Source: an uncultured bacterium
Lineage (GTDB): Bacteria; Omnitrophota; Omnitrophia; Omnitrophales; Aquincolibacteriaceae
NCBI GenBank assembly: GCA_964373045.1
Contig: CAYJSI010000005.1
Location: 371-64,370 of the forward strand
Length of the DNA stretch: 64,000 nucleotides
Direction of reading: 5' to 3'
Positions within the stretch are counted from its first letter, which is position 1. The number at the start of each line of letters is the position of its first letter. The notes under the pieces are model-generated. The model saw only the letters and a program-made list of their open reading frames with translations, did not search any database and was not told the DNA's origin. Shown in pieces: positions 18,108-27,362 of the stretch. The translations under genes and the position numbers were made by a program.

Positions 18108-18957
18108 GATCCTTACCTTTCTTGAAATGATCAAGTGGGAGCATTCGGTTTTTGCACTTCCCTTTGCTTATCTTGGTCTTGTGCTGGCCGAAGGCGGCGT
18201 CCCGCGCCCCCGTCTTCTCCTTTGGGTCACGGTGGCCATGGTGGCCTTTCGAACCATGGGGATGGCCCTTAATCGTTTAATCGATCAGCCGATCGATGCC
18301 TTAAATCCCCGCACCCAAAATCGCGCCCTTCCGGCCGGAAAACTTCGACCTGCCTTTGTTTGGGGTGTCACGGCCTTTTCATTCCTTCTCTTTGAGCTTT
18401 CTTCTTTCGTGTTGGGGGATTTGTGTTTCAAACTTTCACCCATCCCGGTTTTGCTTGCGATTCTTTACCCCTGGATGAAAAGATTTACATGGTTCTCCCA
18501 TATGGTTTTGGGTATCATACTGGGCATGGCTCCTTATGGGGCCTGGATCGCCAGCCGAAACGAATTTTCGTGGGTTCCGGGGCTCTTGATGCTCGGGGTG
18601 GCAAGCTGGGTGGCGGGATTCGATATCATTTATGCCCTTTTAGATGAGGAATTTGACCGCAAACAAGGGCTCTATTCCATCCCCGCCCGTTTCCGATCCC
18701 CGTTTGGATTACGGCTCACTCGATTTTTTCATATGATGACTTTGGCGGCATGGGGAGCGGCCGGATGGCTTGCGGGTTTGGGGTGGATTTATTTTTTAGG
18801 CATGGGATTCGTGGCCCTCTTTCTTTTGCGGGAACATTGGCTTGTGCGGAGCGCTGGCTTGGAAAAAATTGAAGAGGCCTTCTTTCATATGAATGCCATC
18901 GTGAGTCTTTCCGTCTTAGTGGCTGCCTGTGCCGATCTCCTCAAGGGGAGTTTTTAG
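18097..18957 (+). CDS. UbiA-family prenyltransferase (MqnP-type)
   Basis: Polytopic membrane protein with the Asp-rich NRLIDQPIDALN motif of UbiA prenyltransferases. Confidence 0.8.
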   Translation: MASRILTFLEMIKWEHSVFALPFAYLGLVLAEGGVPRPRLLLWVTVAMVAFRTMGMALNRLIDQPIDALNPRTQNRALPAGKLRPAFVWGVTAFSFLLFELSSFVLGDLCFKLSPIPVLLAILYPWMKRFTWFSHMVLGIILGMAPYGAWIASRNEFSWVPGLLMLGVASWVAGFDIIYALLDEEFDRKQGLYSIPARFRSPFGLRLTRFFHMMTLAAWGAAGWLAGLGWIYFLGMGFVALFLLREHWLVRSAGLEKIEEAFFHMNAIVSLSVLVAACADLLKGSF

Positions 18958-19608
18958 ATGAAGCCTTATATCGTGGCCATGACCGGCGCAAGCGGTGCCG
19001 TCTATGGCGTGCGCCTGGTAAAGGTTCTCCTCGAAATGGGTCACCGCATTGCCTTGGTGATCTCGGAACCCGCGCGCCTCGTCATCCGCGAAGAGTTAGG
19101 AATCGGCCTGAAGAGTTTGACCCGCCGCGAAGATCTTACCCCGCTATTCGGCACGGAACTTTCTTTGTTGGAAGCTTATTCTCCCAAAGACTTCGCCGCA
19201 CCCATTGCCAGCGGCTCTTACCCTACGCAGGGGATGGTGATCCTGCCTTGCAGTATGGGGACCTTGGGTGCCATTGCCTCCGGCGTAAGCCAGAACCTCA
19301 TCCATCGCGCTGCCGACTGCGTCCTCAAAGAAGGAAAAAAACTTATTCTTGCCCCCCGCGAGACCCCTTTAAATGCCATTCATCTTGAAAATATGCTGAA
19401 GCTCGCCCGGCTTGGCGTTCGCATCGTTCCCGCCATGCCCGGTTTTTATTCCGGGACAAAAACGCTGGAGGATGCCGTGGATTTTGTGGTGGGAAAGGTG
19501 CTGGATCAATGGGAAATTCCGCATGCCCTCTATCCGCGTTGGACAGGTCATTTGTCCGATCTCACCGGCGCTCCCCAAGCACACTCCGAGGGTTTTGAAT
19601 CGCGATGA
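18958..19608 (+). CDS. ubiX: flavin prenyltransferase UbiX (MqnL-type)
   Basis: MTGASGAVYGVRL... flavoprotein fold and UbiX/Pad1-like length. Confidence 0.9.
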   Translation: MKPYIVAMTGASGAVYGVRLVKVLLEMGHRIALVISEPARLVIREELGIGLKSLTRREDLTPLFGTELSLLEAYSPKDFAAPIASGSYPTQGMVILPCSMGTLGAIASGVSQNLIHRAADCVLKEGKKLILAPRETPLNAIHLENMLKLARLGVRIVPAMPGFYSGTKTLEDAVDFVVGKVLDQWEIPHALYPRWTGHLSDLTGAPQAHSEGFESR

Positions 19609-20459
19609 AAAGCGGACTTCGAGTCAAGGCCCGGGTGGGAAAAATTCGGTATACGAATTGTCTTCCTTTCTATCACGGTCTTGAGTCGGGCGACGGCCGC
19701 GCCTTTGATCTTGAATTTTACGAGGAGGTCCCGGCCCGCATCAATCTTGCCATGCACGAAGACCGCATCGATATGGCCCCCATTTCTTCCCTGGAATATC
19801 TCCATCACGGCAAGGAGTATGCTCTTCTTCCCGAGCTCGCCATCGGCTCCCGGGATTTTTCGGGAAGCGTCCTCCTGATTTCCAAAGAAAAAATCGAAGG
19901 TTTGGACGGCGCCTCGATTGCCCTCTCCCGGGAGAGCCTGAGCTCGGCGGCACTGCTTAAAATTCTTTTCAAATTCAAGTACAAATTCGAGAACGCCTTT
20001 CATGTTTCTGATTCCGACCCCGAGGAGATGCTGCGCCACCACAAGGCGGCCCTCATCATTGGGGATGACGCACTTTTTTTTGCCCCCCAAAAGTTTGTCT
20101 ATCAATATGACTTAAGCGAGCTTTGGTGGAATTGGACGGAAAAGCCCTTTTGTTTTGCTTTGTGGGCGGTGCGCCGCGAATTTGCCGAGCGTTACCCTGA
20201 GGAAGTGGCAGCGTTCTTTAAAAAACTCAAGGGAAATCTTGAACGAAACCTTGCGGATATTCAAACCCTGCTCAAGGATTCCCTTGCGATGGATTTTATG
20301 GATCAACGTTTTTCTAAAGTATTTGGGTATCTTTTTAACTTGAGCTACGGCCTGGATGGCGCCATGAAAGAGGGTCTCGATCTTTTTTTTCGGCTTGCCA
20401 AAAGGCAGGGGCTTGTGGCTCATCACAAGAAACTGGATTTTTTTAAGGTTCCCTCATGA
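19605..20459 (+). CDS. MqnA/MqnD-family menaquinone (futalosine pathway) biosynthesis protein
   Basis: VitK2_biosynth-like periplasmic-binding-fold protein (IRYTNCLPFYHGL). It sits between ubiX and a radical-SAM Mqn gene. Confidence 0.55.
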   Translation: MKSGLRVKARVGKIRYTNCLPFYHGLESGDGRAFDLEFYEEVPARINLAMHEDRIDMAPISSLEYLHHGKEYALLPELAIGSRDFSGSVLLISKEKIEGLDGASIALSRESLSSAALLKILFKFKYKFENAFHVSDSDPEEMLRHHKAALIIGDDALFFAPQKFVYQYDLSELWWNWTEKPFCFALWAVRREFAERYPEEVAAFFKKLKGNLERNLADIQTLLKDSLAMDFMDQRFSKVFGYLFNLSYGLDGAMKEGLDLFFRLAKRQGLVAHHKKLDFFKVPS

Positions 20460-21535
20460 TCGACGCCTGCGATCGGCTATTAGCCAAGCGCCTCGACGGG
20501 GGGCGGCTCACCTTTGAGGAAGGGGTGTCGCTTTATTCCTTGGATCTCTTAAAGCTTGGCCGCGCCGCCAATCAATTGGCCGAACCCTTCCGTCCGAACG
20601 GCCGCGTGACCTTTATCGTGGACCGCAACGTGAGCTATACCAATGCCTGTGTGGTGGATTGTGATTTCTGCGCCTTTTACCGCAGCCCCGGCGACAAGGA
20701 GGCCTACACGCTTTCCTATGAAGAGATCTTTGGAAAGATTCAGGAGCTGGTCGATATGGGAGGAACGCAGGTACTCATTCAAGGTGGGGTGAATCCCGAG
20801 CTGCCCCTCGAGTATTATCTCGACCTCATTCGCGCTATCCGGGAAAAATTCCCTCAGGTTCAGATTCACTCTTTTTCGGTCGTGGAGTTTGATATGATTT
20901 CAAAAAAATTCCGTCTCCCGCTCGCAGAAGTTTTTCGGCGTTTCAAAGAGGCCGGGTTGAATTCACTTCCCGGGGGAGGCGCCGAGATTTTGGTGGAGCG
21001 GGTGCGCAAACTCATCAGCCCGAAAAAAGCATCCTCGGATAGGTGGATTGAAGTCATGCGCACGGCTCATGAGGCCGGTCTGAAATCCACCGCGACCATG
21101 GTCTTTGGCCACCTTGAAACTATAGAAGAACGCATTCAGCACCTCCTCAAGATCCGTGAGCTGCAGGATCAAACCCACGGTTTTCGCGCCTTCATTCCCT
21201 GGACCCTTTCACCCCAGGGAACTCCCCGCATGAGTCAGTTTCGTCCCGCCGGAGGGGAGGATTATCTTAAGACCATCGCCATCTCACGGCTCATGCTGGA
21301 TAATTTCGAGCATATTCAGAGCGGATGGCTGACGGAAGGGCTTAAGCTGGGTCAAGTTGCGCTTGGGTTCGGCTGCGATGATATAGGAGGGACGCTCCTT
21401 GAGGATAAAGTTTTGGAGCCCACCGGAATTCAGGTTCACACGCGCCGCGAGGATCTCATCCGCCTGATTCGCGAAGCGGGGTTCATTCCGGCGCAGCGCA
21501 ATACCAATTATGAAATTCTCCAGATCTTCAACTGA
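20456..21535 (+). CDS. radical SAM enzyme of the MqnC/MqnE family (futalosine pathway)
   Basis: CVVDCDFCAF CxxxCxxC cluster motif and a TIM-barrel of MqnC/MqnE size (359 aa). Confidence 0.75.
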   Translation: MIDACDRLLAKRLDGGRLTFEEGVSLYSLDLLKLGRAANQLAEPFRPNGRVTFIVDRNVSYTNACVVDCDFCAFYRSPGDKEAYTLSYEEIFGKIQELVDMGGTQVLIQGGVNPELPLEYYLDLIRAIREKFPQVQIHSFSVVEFDMISKKFRLPLAEVFRRFKEAGLNSLPGGGAEILVERVRKLISPKKASSDRWIEVMRTAHEAGLKSTATMVFGHLETIEERIQHLLKIRELQDQTHGFRAFIPWTLSPQGTPRMSQFRPAGGEDYLKTIAISRLMLDNFEHIQSGWLTEGLKLGQVALGFGCDDIGGTLLEDKVLEPTGIQVHTRREDLIRLIREAGFIPAQRNTNYEILQIFN

Positions 21536-22232
21536 ACTCGTTGGGACGGACGGCCGGATCCTCCAGCAGTTCTTTGATTCCATCGCGCTCCGCTACGACT
21601 TCTTAAATCATCTCCTCAGCTTTCGCTTGGATGAATCCTGGCGAAGGCGTTCCCGCGACCTCGTGCTGGAAGGATCCGAGGAGCGTCTCCTTGATCTTGG
21701 GACGGGGACGGGGAAGTTTCTTGAGTTGTTTCTTGAGGCAAAGTCCTGGAAGAGGCTGGCCGGGCTCGATTTCTCGTCAAGGATGCTTCAGGGTGCACGT
21801 GAGATCCTGCCGGATGAAGTGGCCCTTGTGAGCGGTGACTTCGAGGCCCTTCCTTTTCAGCCCCAAACCTTCGACCTCGTCATTTCAAGTTTTACGCTTC
21901 GGAGCATTCGCGAGATGGAGGTTTTTCTCAAAGGCGTTTTCGACCTTTTGGCGGATGGCGGAAAGGCCGCGTTTCTTTGTCTGACGCGACCCGAAAATCC
22001 GTTTTGGCGCGGCCTTTGCTATCCTTATTTAAAATTTTACCTGCCATTTGTCGGAGGGCTTCTCACGGGCCATCGAAAGGCCTACCAATTTTTAGCGGAT
22101 TCCATTCTGACTTTTCAGGAGCCCATCGAGACAGCCGAGATGATGAAAGCAAGCGGTTTTTCATCCGTCTCGATTCACCGCTTCACCCTGGGTCTTGCGA
22201 CGCTTATTGTCGGGAAGAAAGAAACAAAATAG
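21510..22232 (+). CDS. ubiE: demethylmenaquinone / ubiquinone methyltransferase UbiE/MenG
   Basis: Class I SAM methyltransferase motif I LDLGTGTG. The N-terminus is UbiE/MenG-like. Confidence 0.8.
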   Translation: MKFSRSSTELVGTDGRILQQFFDSIALRYDFLNHLLSFRLDESWRRRSRDLVLEGSEERLLDLGTGTGKFLELFLEAKSWKRLAGLDFSSRMLQGAREILPDEVALVSGDFEALPFQPQTFDLVISSFTLRSIREMEVFLKGVFDLLADGGKAAFLCLTRPENPFWRGLCYPYLKFYLPFVGGLLTGHRKAYQFLADSILTFQEPIETAEMMKASGFSSVSIHRFTLGLATLIVGKKETK

Positions 22233-22249
22233 GCCTTCCTTTGGATTAC

Positions 22250-22699
22250 GCAAGCCGAATCAAATCTCTCAATCTCACGCTTTCTCAGCCGGCCAAGCCC
22301 GTGGGCTCTTATCGTCCCGTGGTGTTTTCGGGACATCTGGCCTTTTTAAGCGGACAAATCTCACGAACCTCCGAAGGAAAAATTCTTACGGGGAAGGCCG
22401 GCAAAGATTTAACGCTTCGTGAGGCCGAGGGCGCAGCCCGCGCGGCGGCCGTGAATGTCTTAAGCGTCATCCAACACCACATCGGCTTCGATCGCTTTGA
22501 CCATTTCGTACGAGTCGTGGGGTACGTGCAGTCCCAGAGCGATTTCTACGAGATTTCTCAGGTAATGAATGCGGCCTCCGATCTTTTTCTTGAGGTCTTT
22601 GGTGAAAAGGGGATTCATGCCCGTTCGGCCGTGGGTATGATGAGCCTTCCCCTTAATGCCGCGGTTGAAATCGAAGCCACCTTGGCCGTAAAACCGTGA
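22250..22699 (+). CDS. ridA: RidA/YjgF-family reactive-intermediate deaminase
   Basis: The LSGQI and ARSAVGM...PLNAAVEIE motifs are typical of RidA. The start is uncertain, with no in-frame ATG after the ubiE stop; it is probably a TTG near 22250. Confidence 0.65.
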   Translation, partial: ASRIKSLNLTLSQPAKPVGSYRPVVFSGHLAFLSGQISRTSEGKILTGKAGKDLTLREAEGAARAAAVNVLSVIQHHIGFDRFDHFVRVVGYVQSQSDFYEISQVMNAASDLFLEVFGEKGIHARSAVGMMSLPLNAAVEIEATLAVKP

Positions 22700-23583
22700 A
22701 GTCATTTTTTAAATTTCTTCTAATTTTTTCTTCGATTCTCCTTGTAAGCGCCACTCTCGCCCCCATTCTTTTTGACTTTCTCCCTTTTAAATTCGAAAGG
22801 ATCTTTAATCGTCTTGTGATGGTATTTAGCCTGATCGCCATTTTTGTGAACGTGCGTATCCGGCGTGAAACCTTTATACAGTACGGTCTTTTGGGAAATC
22901 AAAATAAAATGAAGCATTTCTGGAAGGGCTTCGCCTCGGCCTGGGTTGTTTTATCGCTTTTTGGACTGGCCGCTGTTTTAGCCGGCCAGGCCCGCTGGGC
23001 ACCCCGGCTTGAGGCGGGACTTCTTGTATTTTCATTTTTCAAAAATATGACGGCGGCGGTGCTGATTGGATTCATCGAAGAATTTTTTTTCCGCGGGTTT
23101 ATCTTCTCCACCTTGAAAAACAGGCTGGGCTTGGGTTTAGGAGTGAGTTTTGTGGCCACTAGCCTCTTTTATTCCCTGATTCATTTTGTAAGCGGGGAGT
23201 CTCCTTTCGTAGGACCCGATCCGACTTTCTGGGACAGCCTACGGCTTATGTCCGCACCCTTCTCTAGTCTTCTTAACTGGCGTCCCATCTGGACAGGAGC
23301 GGTAGGTCTTTTTCTCTTCGGCCTGATTCTGAACGGCCTCTTCTTAAGGACCCAGTCCCTCTATCCCTCCATCGGGCTCCACGCGGGCTGCGTTTTTTTT
23401 GTTAAGATGGATTCACTTTTCGTCGATTTTCTAGGAAAGGCCCCGCTCTGGTGGGGGTCCTCACAAATCTATGACGGGGTGATAGGGTGGGTATTCCTTG
23501 GCCTCCTTGGTTTGGGTGTGATGGGGTTTATGTTTAAGTCAGTCCGTGAACGTGAATTAAAACAAAGGGTGGGGTTGGGATGA
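22696..23583 (+). CDS. CPBP-family intramembrane metalloprotease (CAAX protease/Abi)
   Basis: EEFFFRGF (EExxxR) and FYSLIHF (FxxxH) motifs on a polytopic membrane scaffold. Confidence 0.75.
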   Translation: MKSFFKFLLIFSSILLVSATLAPILFDFLPFKFERIFNRLVMVFSLIAIFVNVRIRRETFIQYGLLGNQNKMKHFWKGFASAWVVLSLFGLAAVLAGQARWAPRLEAGLLVFSFFKNMTAAVLIGFIEEFFFRGFIFSTLKNRLGLGLGVSFVATSLFYSLIHFVSGESPFVGPDPTFWDSLRLMSAPFSSLLNWRPIWTGAVGLFLFGLILNGLFLRTQSLYPSIGLHAGCVFFVKMDSLFVDFLGKAPLWWGSSQIYDGVIGWVFLGLLGLGVMGFMFKSVRERELKQRVGLG

Positions 23584-24761
23584 AAAAAATTGCGTGGCTC
23601 ATCATCGCCTGTTGGATGAACGGTAGTGTTTTGTCGACGGTCTTAATGGCTCAGGAGGGATCCTCCGCCTCGGAGTCAAAAAAAGAGTCGCTAGAACCAT
23701 CAGAGGAGGCCGGCATGGATGAGCTGGACAGCCTTTTTGCCGATCTCGATGAGCTAGAGTTTACGAAGGCAAAAAAAGCCCCCCGCATTTCAAAAACAAG
23801 GAAAAAGATGATTCAGAAAGCGCCGCAACCCCTCACCACAAAAACCAATGTTTCAGAAGAAGGAAATCAATCCGCCGTTGCATTGTCCCCGAAGACAGAG
23901 AGGCAGCCCGAGCCGCCCTTACCCATCCAGGAGGCGAACCCAACCCAACCTGTCGAGATGAATCCTGTGAGCGCAGAAGCAGCCTTGGTCACGGTGCCGG
24001 GTCAAAGCGCAGGCAGCGCTCTCACAGATCTCTTGCCTATTGATCCCTTATCGGAGACAGTGCTGCCGTCGGTTCCGGGGGCCGCTGCTTCGTCGGTGAC
24101 GATGACCGCTTTGCCTGAAGAAAAAAAGAGCGAAAATAAAACGACCGCGGAAAAACAAGTCGAAGAAAATCCGGAGGAAGACACTCCGCTCATTCTGGAT
24201 CAAAGCCTTCTTGAAAGCAAGGCAGAGCCTAAGAAAAAGGGACCGCAAAAAGTCGAATCCGTTGTTTTATTCCGATTGGAAGATCATCTGGGAGAGGCGG
24301 AGGCGACTTACTTTCTCAAAAAGCAGAATTACCCGATCTCAGGCCTATGGAAGAACAATATTTTTTCCTTCACCGGATTAAGTCCGGAGACAGAAATTAA
24401 AGTGTCAGAGGGAAAATTTAGCGGGGTCGCACAGCGTGGCATCCGGCTTTTTGCGGCCAGGGATTTGATGTTGAGGCTTCGATTTTCGTCCGTCCCTGCG
24501 GGGGAGAGACTCCGTCTGCAGTATGGAATCGAAGATGCGAAAGTTGTTGCGGATGTTCCCGCTAAGCTCTATCTCCGGGTTTGGATAGGAAGCCATGAAC
24601 TCAGGAGGGTTCAGATTCGTAATGAAAAAGGCTGGAAGGAAGAAATATTCCCAGCCGGTATTGCGGCCTTTACCCATCGGGCAACGCATATAACGTTTGA
24701 GATGACCGCCGATATCGAAGACGGCAAGCCCTTTTTCCTCAGCGCGGAAGTGCGAACCTAG
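23580..24761 (+). CDS. secreted hypothetical protein (signal peptide, long acidic/Pro-rich disordered linker, C-terminal ~150-aa globular domain)
   Basis: Signal peptide, then a low-complexity E/P/S/T-rich segment. No recognisable family. Confidence 0.45.
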   Translation: MKKIAWLIIACWMNGSVLSTVLMAQEGSSASESKKESLEPSEEAGMDELDSLFADLDELEFTKAKKAPRISKTRKKMIQKAPQPLTTKTNVSEEGNQSAVALSPKTERQPEPPLPIQEANPTQPVEMNPVSAEAALVTVPGQSAGSALTDLLPIDPLSETVLPSVPGAAASSVTMTALPEEKKSENKTTAEKQVEENPEEDTPLILDQSLLESKAEPKKKGPQKVESVVLFRLEDHLGEAEATYFLKKQNYPISGLWKNNIFSFTGLSPETEIKVSEGKFSGVAQRGIRLFAARDLMLRLRFSSVPAGERLRLQYGIEDAKVVADVPAKLYLRVWIGSHELRRVQIRNEKGWKEEIFPAGIAAFTHRATHITFEMTADIEDGKPFFLSAEVRT

Positions 24762-24893
24762 GAAAATCAAGTTTTTCATAGATCAATTTATATCAAAATA
24801 TAGCAACGTGATGTTTTTCTCTCAGTCTATTCAAATGCAGGATACACTTCTTATATAGGCGAAAAAGCCTCCAAAAAGGGGTCGTATCTGAAA

Positions 24894-27362
24894 ATGCTGC
24901 ATGCGGAGTGTTCTATGCAAGGCAGAGGTGACCGTTATCTCTATGGGGTTGCGAGAGGGTGTCTTGTCCTTTGGCTCTCTTCCGGGATTTTTCTTTCTTC
25001 TAATACCTTCGCAAACAAACAAAGCATTCTTCTGGAAGATGATCTTCTCCTGTCCTCGCAGGTGATCCCCTTACCGGTTGTCCCCCGGGAAATTTCCACA
25101 GCTTCTTCCGCCGGGAAAATTCGCAATTTTCAAACCATGGCGGAGCCGCGCTGCGGCAACCGATTTGTCGAGGGTGTGGAGCAATGCGATGATGGAAATG
25201 TTATGAATAGTGACGGCTGTTCTTCAGAGTGCAGGATGGAAATTATTAAAACAACGACATCTCAATGCACGACAGATCGGGATTGCGATGATGACAATGC
25301 TTGCAATGGAGAAGAGAGATGCTCCAATGGTACCTGCTCTGCCGGGACGGCCTTAACTTGCTCGGACGATGGCAATGCCTGCACAACGGAAGTCTGCAAT
25401 CCAACGTCGGGTTGCGTGTCCGAGCAGAATAGCAAACCCTGCAATGATTTTAATGCCTGCACGGTGGAAGATAGATGCGCCGGAGGCACCTGCGGGAGCA
25501 CGGCCATGCAGTGTCCCTCCGGCCACGCCTGCCAAGAGGGGGAATGCATTTGTACGGAACCGAAGGTGACCATTTCGGGAGGAGGTTCCGGCTCCGTCGG
25601 ATCTTCGCTCAGTTTTTCAGTGACGACGACGTGCGGCGGTTCGAGCGGTGAAGCGGAAGCGGAGGCCTGGCAGGAGACTTCCTGGCTGAGTCAATTTTTC
25701 GGAGTTCCATCCGCCTTTGCAGAACCCGGCCCTAATGCAGTAGCGGGTAAATCCGATTCTACGGATAAGAAGAAGGGAAAAAAAGTCAGAAAGGCAAACA
25801 GTGATTTTGTGGCGAACTCAAATCTTCAGAATTCCCCTTCGATGGGGACGCCGCAAGAGGGATTGGAAAATCTGGGCCAGGCGAGACTTGAAATGATGAT
25901 CAAAAACCTCGGGGATGTGCTATCGATTTCAGGGCTGGCCAATATGGGGTTCATGCTGGAGGGAGAAGAACAGACTTTACTCTTCTTTGAGGCCGAAGAA
26001 GATATGAGAAATGAAAACATGGCCCAAACAAACATTATATTTCAAAATATTCCATTTCTTCAGTCGGCCGAGTTCGGTCCTGAGGATGAGGAGGAGGGTA
26101 ACGAGGCGATAGAAGGCGGGGCGAATAAGGTTTTAGCGGTTGAGAATACCTCCAAAGGAAAAAAAAGGGCGGTCGTTCAGCTTGGATCGGGCAAGGATGC
26201 ACAACCCACAGATTCGGATCAGGGATCCGTCGGTGGAACGCGGCCCCCCCCGTCACCAGCACCTTCAGTTCAAGTGAGCGTGACCTACAGCGATAACCTC
26301 GCCATGGACAGCTCTTCAGGGCAGTCTCTGAGTTTTAAATGCGTCAAACCGGGGATGGGCACCGTGACGATTTCTCTAAGCACGGGGGCAAGTTCTTCTA
26401 CGGAAATCAACTGCGCCTGCCCCGCCGATAAACCCAATTACAATCCGGTACAAAACGAGTGCATGTCTTGCCCTTCCGATAAACCTTTTCTCGATGCCGC
26501 CACCAAAACTTGCAGGGCTTGTACCAATGACAGTCACTGTAAGGATGCCAACCCCTGCACAAAAAACGAGGCCTGTGATTCCTCGACGGGTCAGTGCAAG
26601 GCGGAGGTCATCCCGAATTGTTCCTGTTCGGCGAATTCAGAATGCGTGGATGGCGACCCTTGCACGAAGGATGTTTGCAGCACCGATAAAGCGTGCCTGC
26701 ATACCGCGGTTTCCGGATGCCCCAAGACCTGCGAGGATGCCGGTTTTTATTCCAATGCCTCTTCGCTCGTTTGTCCTCAGGACAAGGCCGTCACTTTCAC
26801 GAATTCAGACACGGGAGAGCGGCGGGCCCTGTCCTGCTTTGTTGAATCTGGCTGCCCGACCGGGTTTTCCTCTTCCAGCAGTTCCTGCGATAAATGTGTG
26901 GAGACCAAAAGCATGAGTTGTGCCGGCGGTAAAAACCTAACCTGTTATCAATGCGCCGATGCCCAGTGGAAAACCAGCAAAGATCAGGTGTGTGTCAATG
27001 CCGGTTACGCGGGAGAAAAGTCAGGAACCTGCCCCGGTGTTGCAAGCGGAAACTCGGATGAATTCGGAAATCAATGTCAGTCTTCCGTAACGCGTGAAAT
27101 GACTTGCACGGCGCCGGCGATCCCGAAGCCGGGGCTGTCGGATCCGGTTGCAACTGAGAAAGTTGATTGTTGTAAGTGCAGCTCAGGTTTTTCTTCCGGT
27201 TCCTGCACGGCCACATCCTGTACGGAACCCAGGGGCGAGGTGGAGATTTGTACGGCTTGTGTGGCAAGCTGCAGCACGTGCTCCAGCCAGGCTGTGCAAA
27301 GAACCTGCACTCAAACCGGAGGCAACTGGTCTGGAAGGGGTTGCCTTAATTCGGTTGCGTGA
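24894..27362 (+). CDS. large cysteine-rich secreted protein with a Myxococcus-type cysteine-rich repeat and multiple Cys-rich modules
   Basis: Signal peptide, then CGNRFVEGVEQCDDGNVMNSDGCSSEC, which matches the C-x-N-G-x-x-E-x-GE-x-CDDGN Myxococcus cysteine-rich repeat signature. Dozens of further spaced Cys modules follow (CxDxxxC, CTKDxC). The start may be the internal Met at 24915. Confidence 0.6.
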   Translation: MLHAECSMQGRGDRYLYGVARGCLVLWLSSGIFLSSNTFANKQSILLEDDLLLSSQVIPLPVVPREISTASSAGKIRNFQTMAEPRCGNRFVEGVEQCDDGNVMNSDGCSSECRMEIIKTTTSQCTTDRDCDDDNACNGEERCSNGTCSAGTALTCSDDGNACTTEVCNPTSGCVSEQNSKPCNDFNACTVEDRCAGGTCGSTAMQCPSGHACQEGECICTEPKVTISGGGSGSVGSSLSFSVTTTCGGSSGEAEAEAWQETSWLSQFFGVPSAFAEPGPNAVAGKSDSTDKKKGKKVRKANSDFVANSNLQNSPSMGTPQEGLENLGQARLEMMIKNLGDVLSISGLANMGFMLEGEEQTLLFFEAEEDMRNENMAQTNIIFQNIPFLQSAEFGPEDEEEGNEAIEGGANKVLAVENTSKGKKRAVVQLGSGKDAQPTDSDQGSVGGTRPPPSPAPSVQVSVTYSDNLAMDSSSGQSLSFKCVKPGMGTVTISLSTGASSSTEINCACPADKPNYNPVQNECMSCPSDKPFLDAATKTCRACTNDSHCKDANPCTKNEACDSSTGQCKAEVIPNCSCSANSECVDGDPCTKDVCSTDKACLHTAVSGCPKTCEDAGFYSNASSLVCPQDKAVTFTNSDTGERRALSCFVESGCPTGFSSSSSSCDKCVETKSMSCAGGKNLTCYQCADAQWKTSKDQVCVNAGYAGEKSGTCPGVASGNSDEFGNQCQSSVTREMTCTAPAIPKPGLSDPVATEKVDCCKCSSGFSSGSCTATSCTEPRGEVEICTACVASCSTCSSQAVQRTCTQTGGNWSGRGCLNSVA

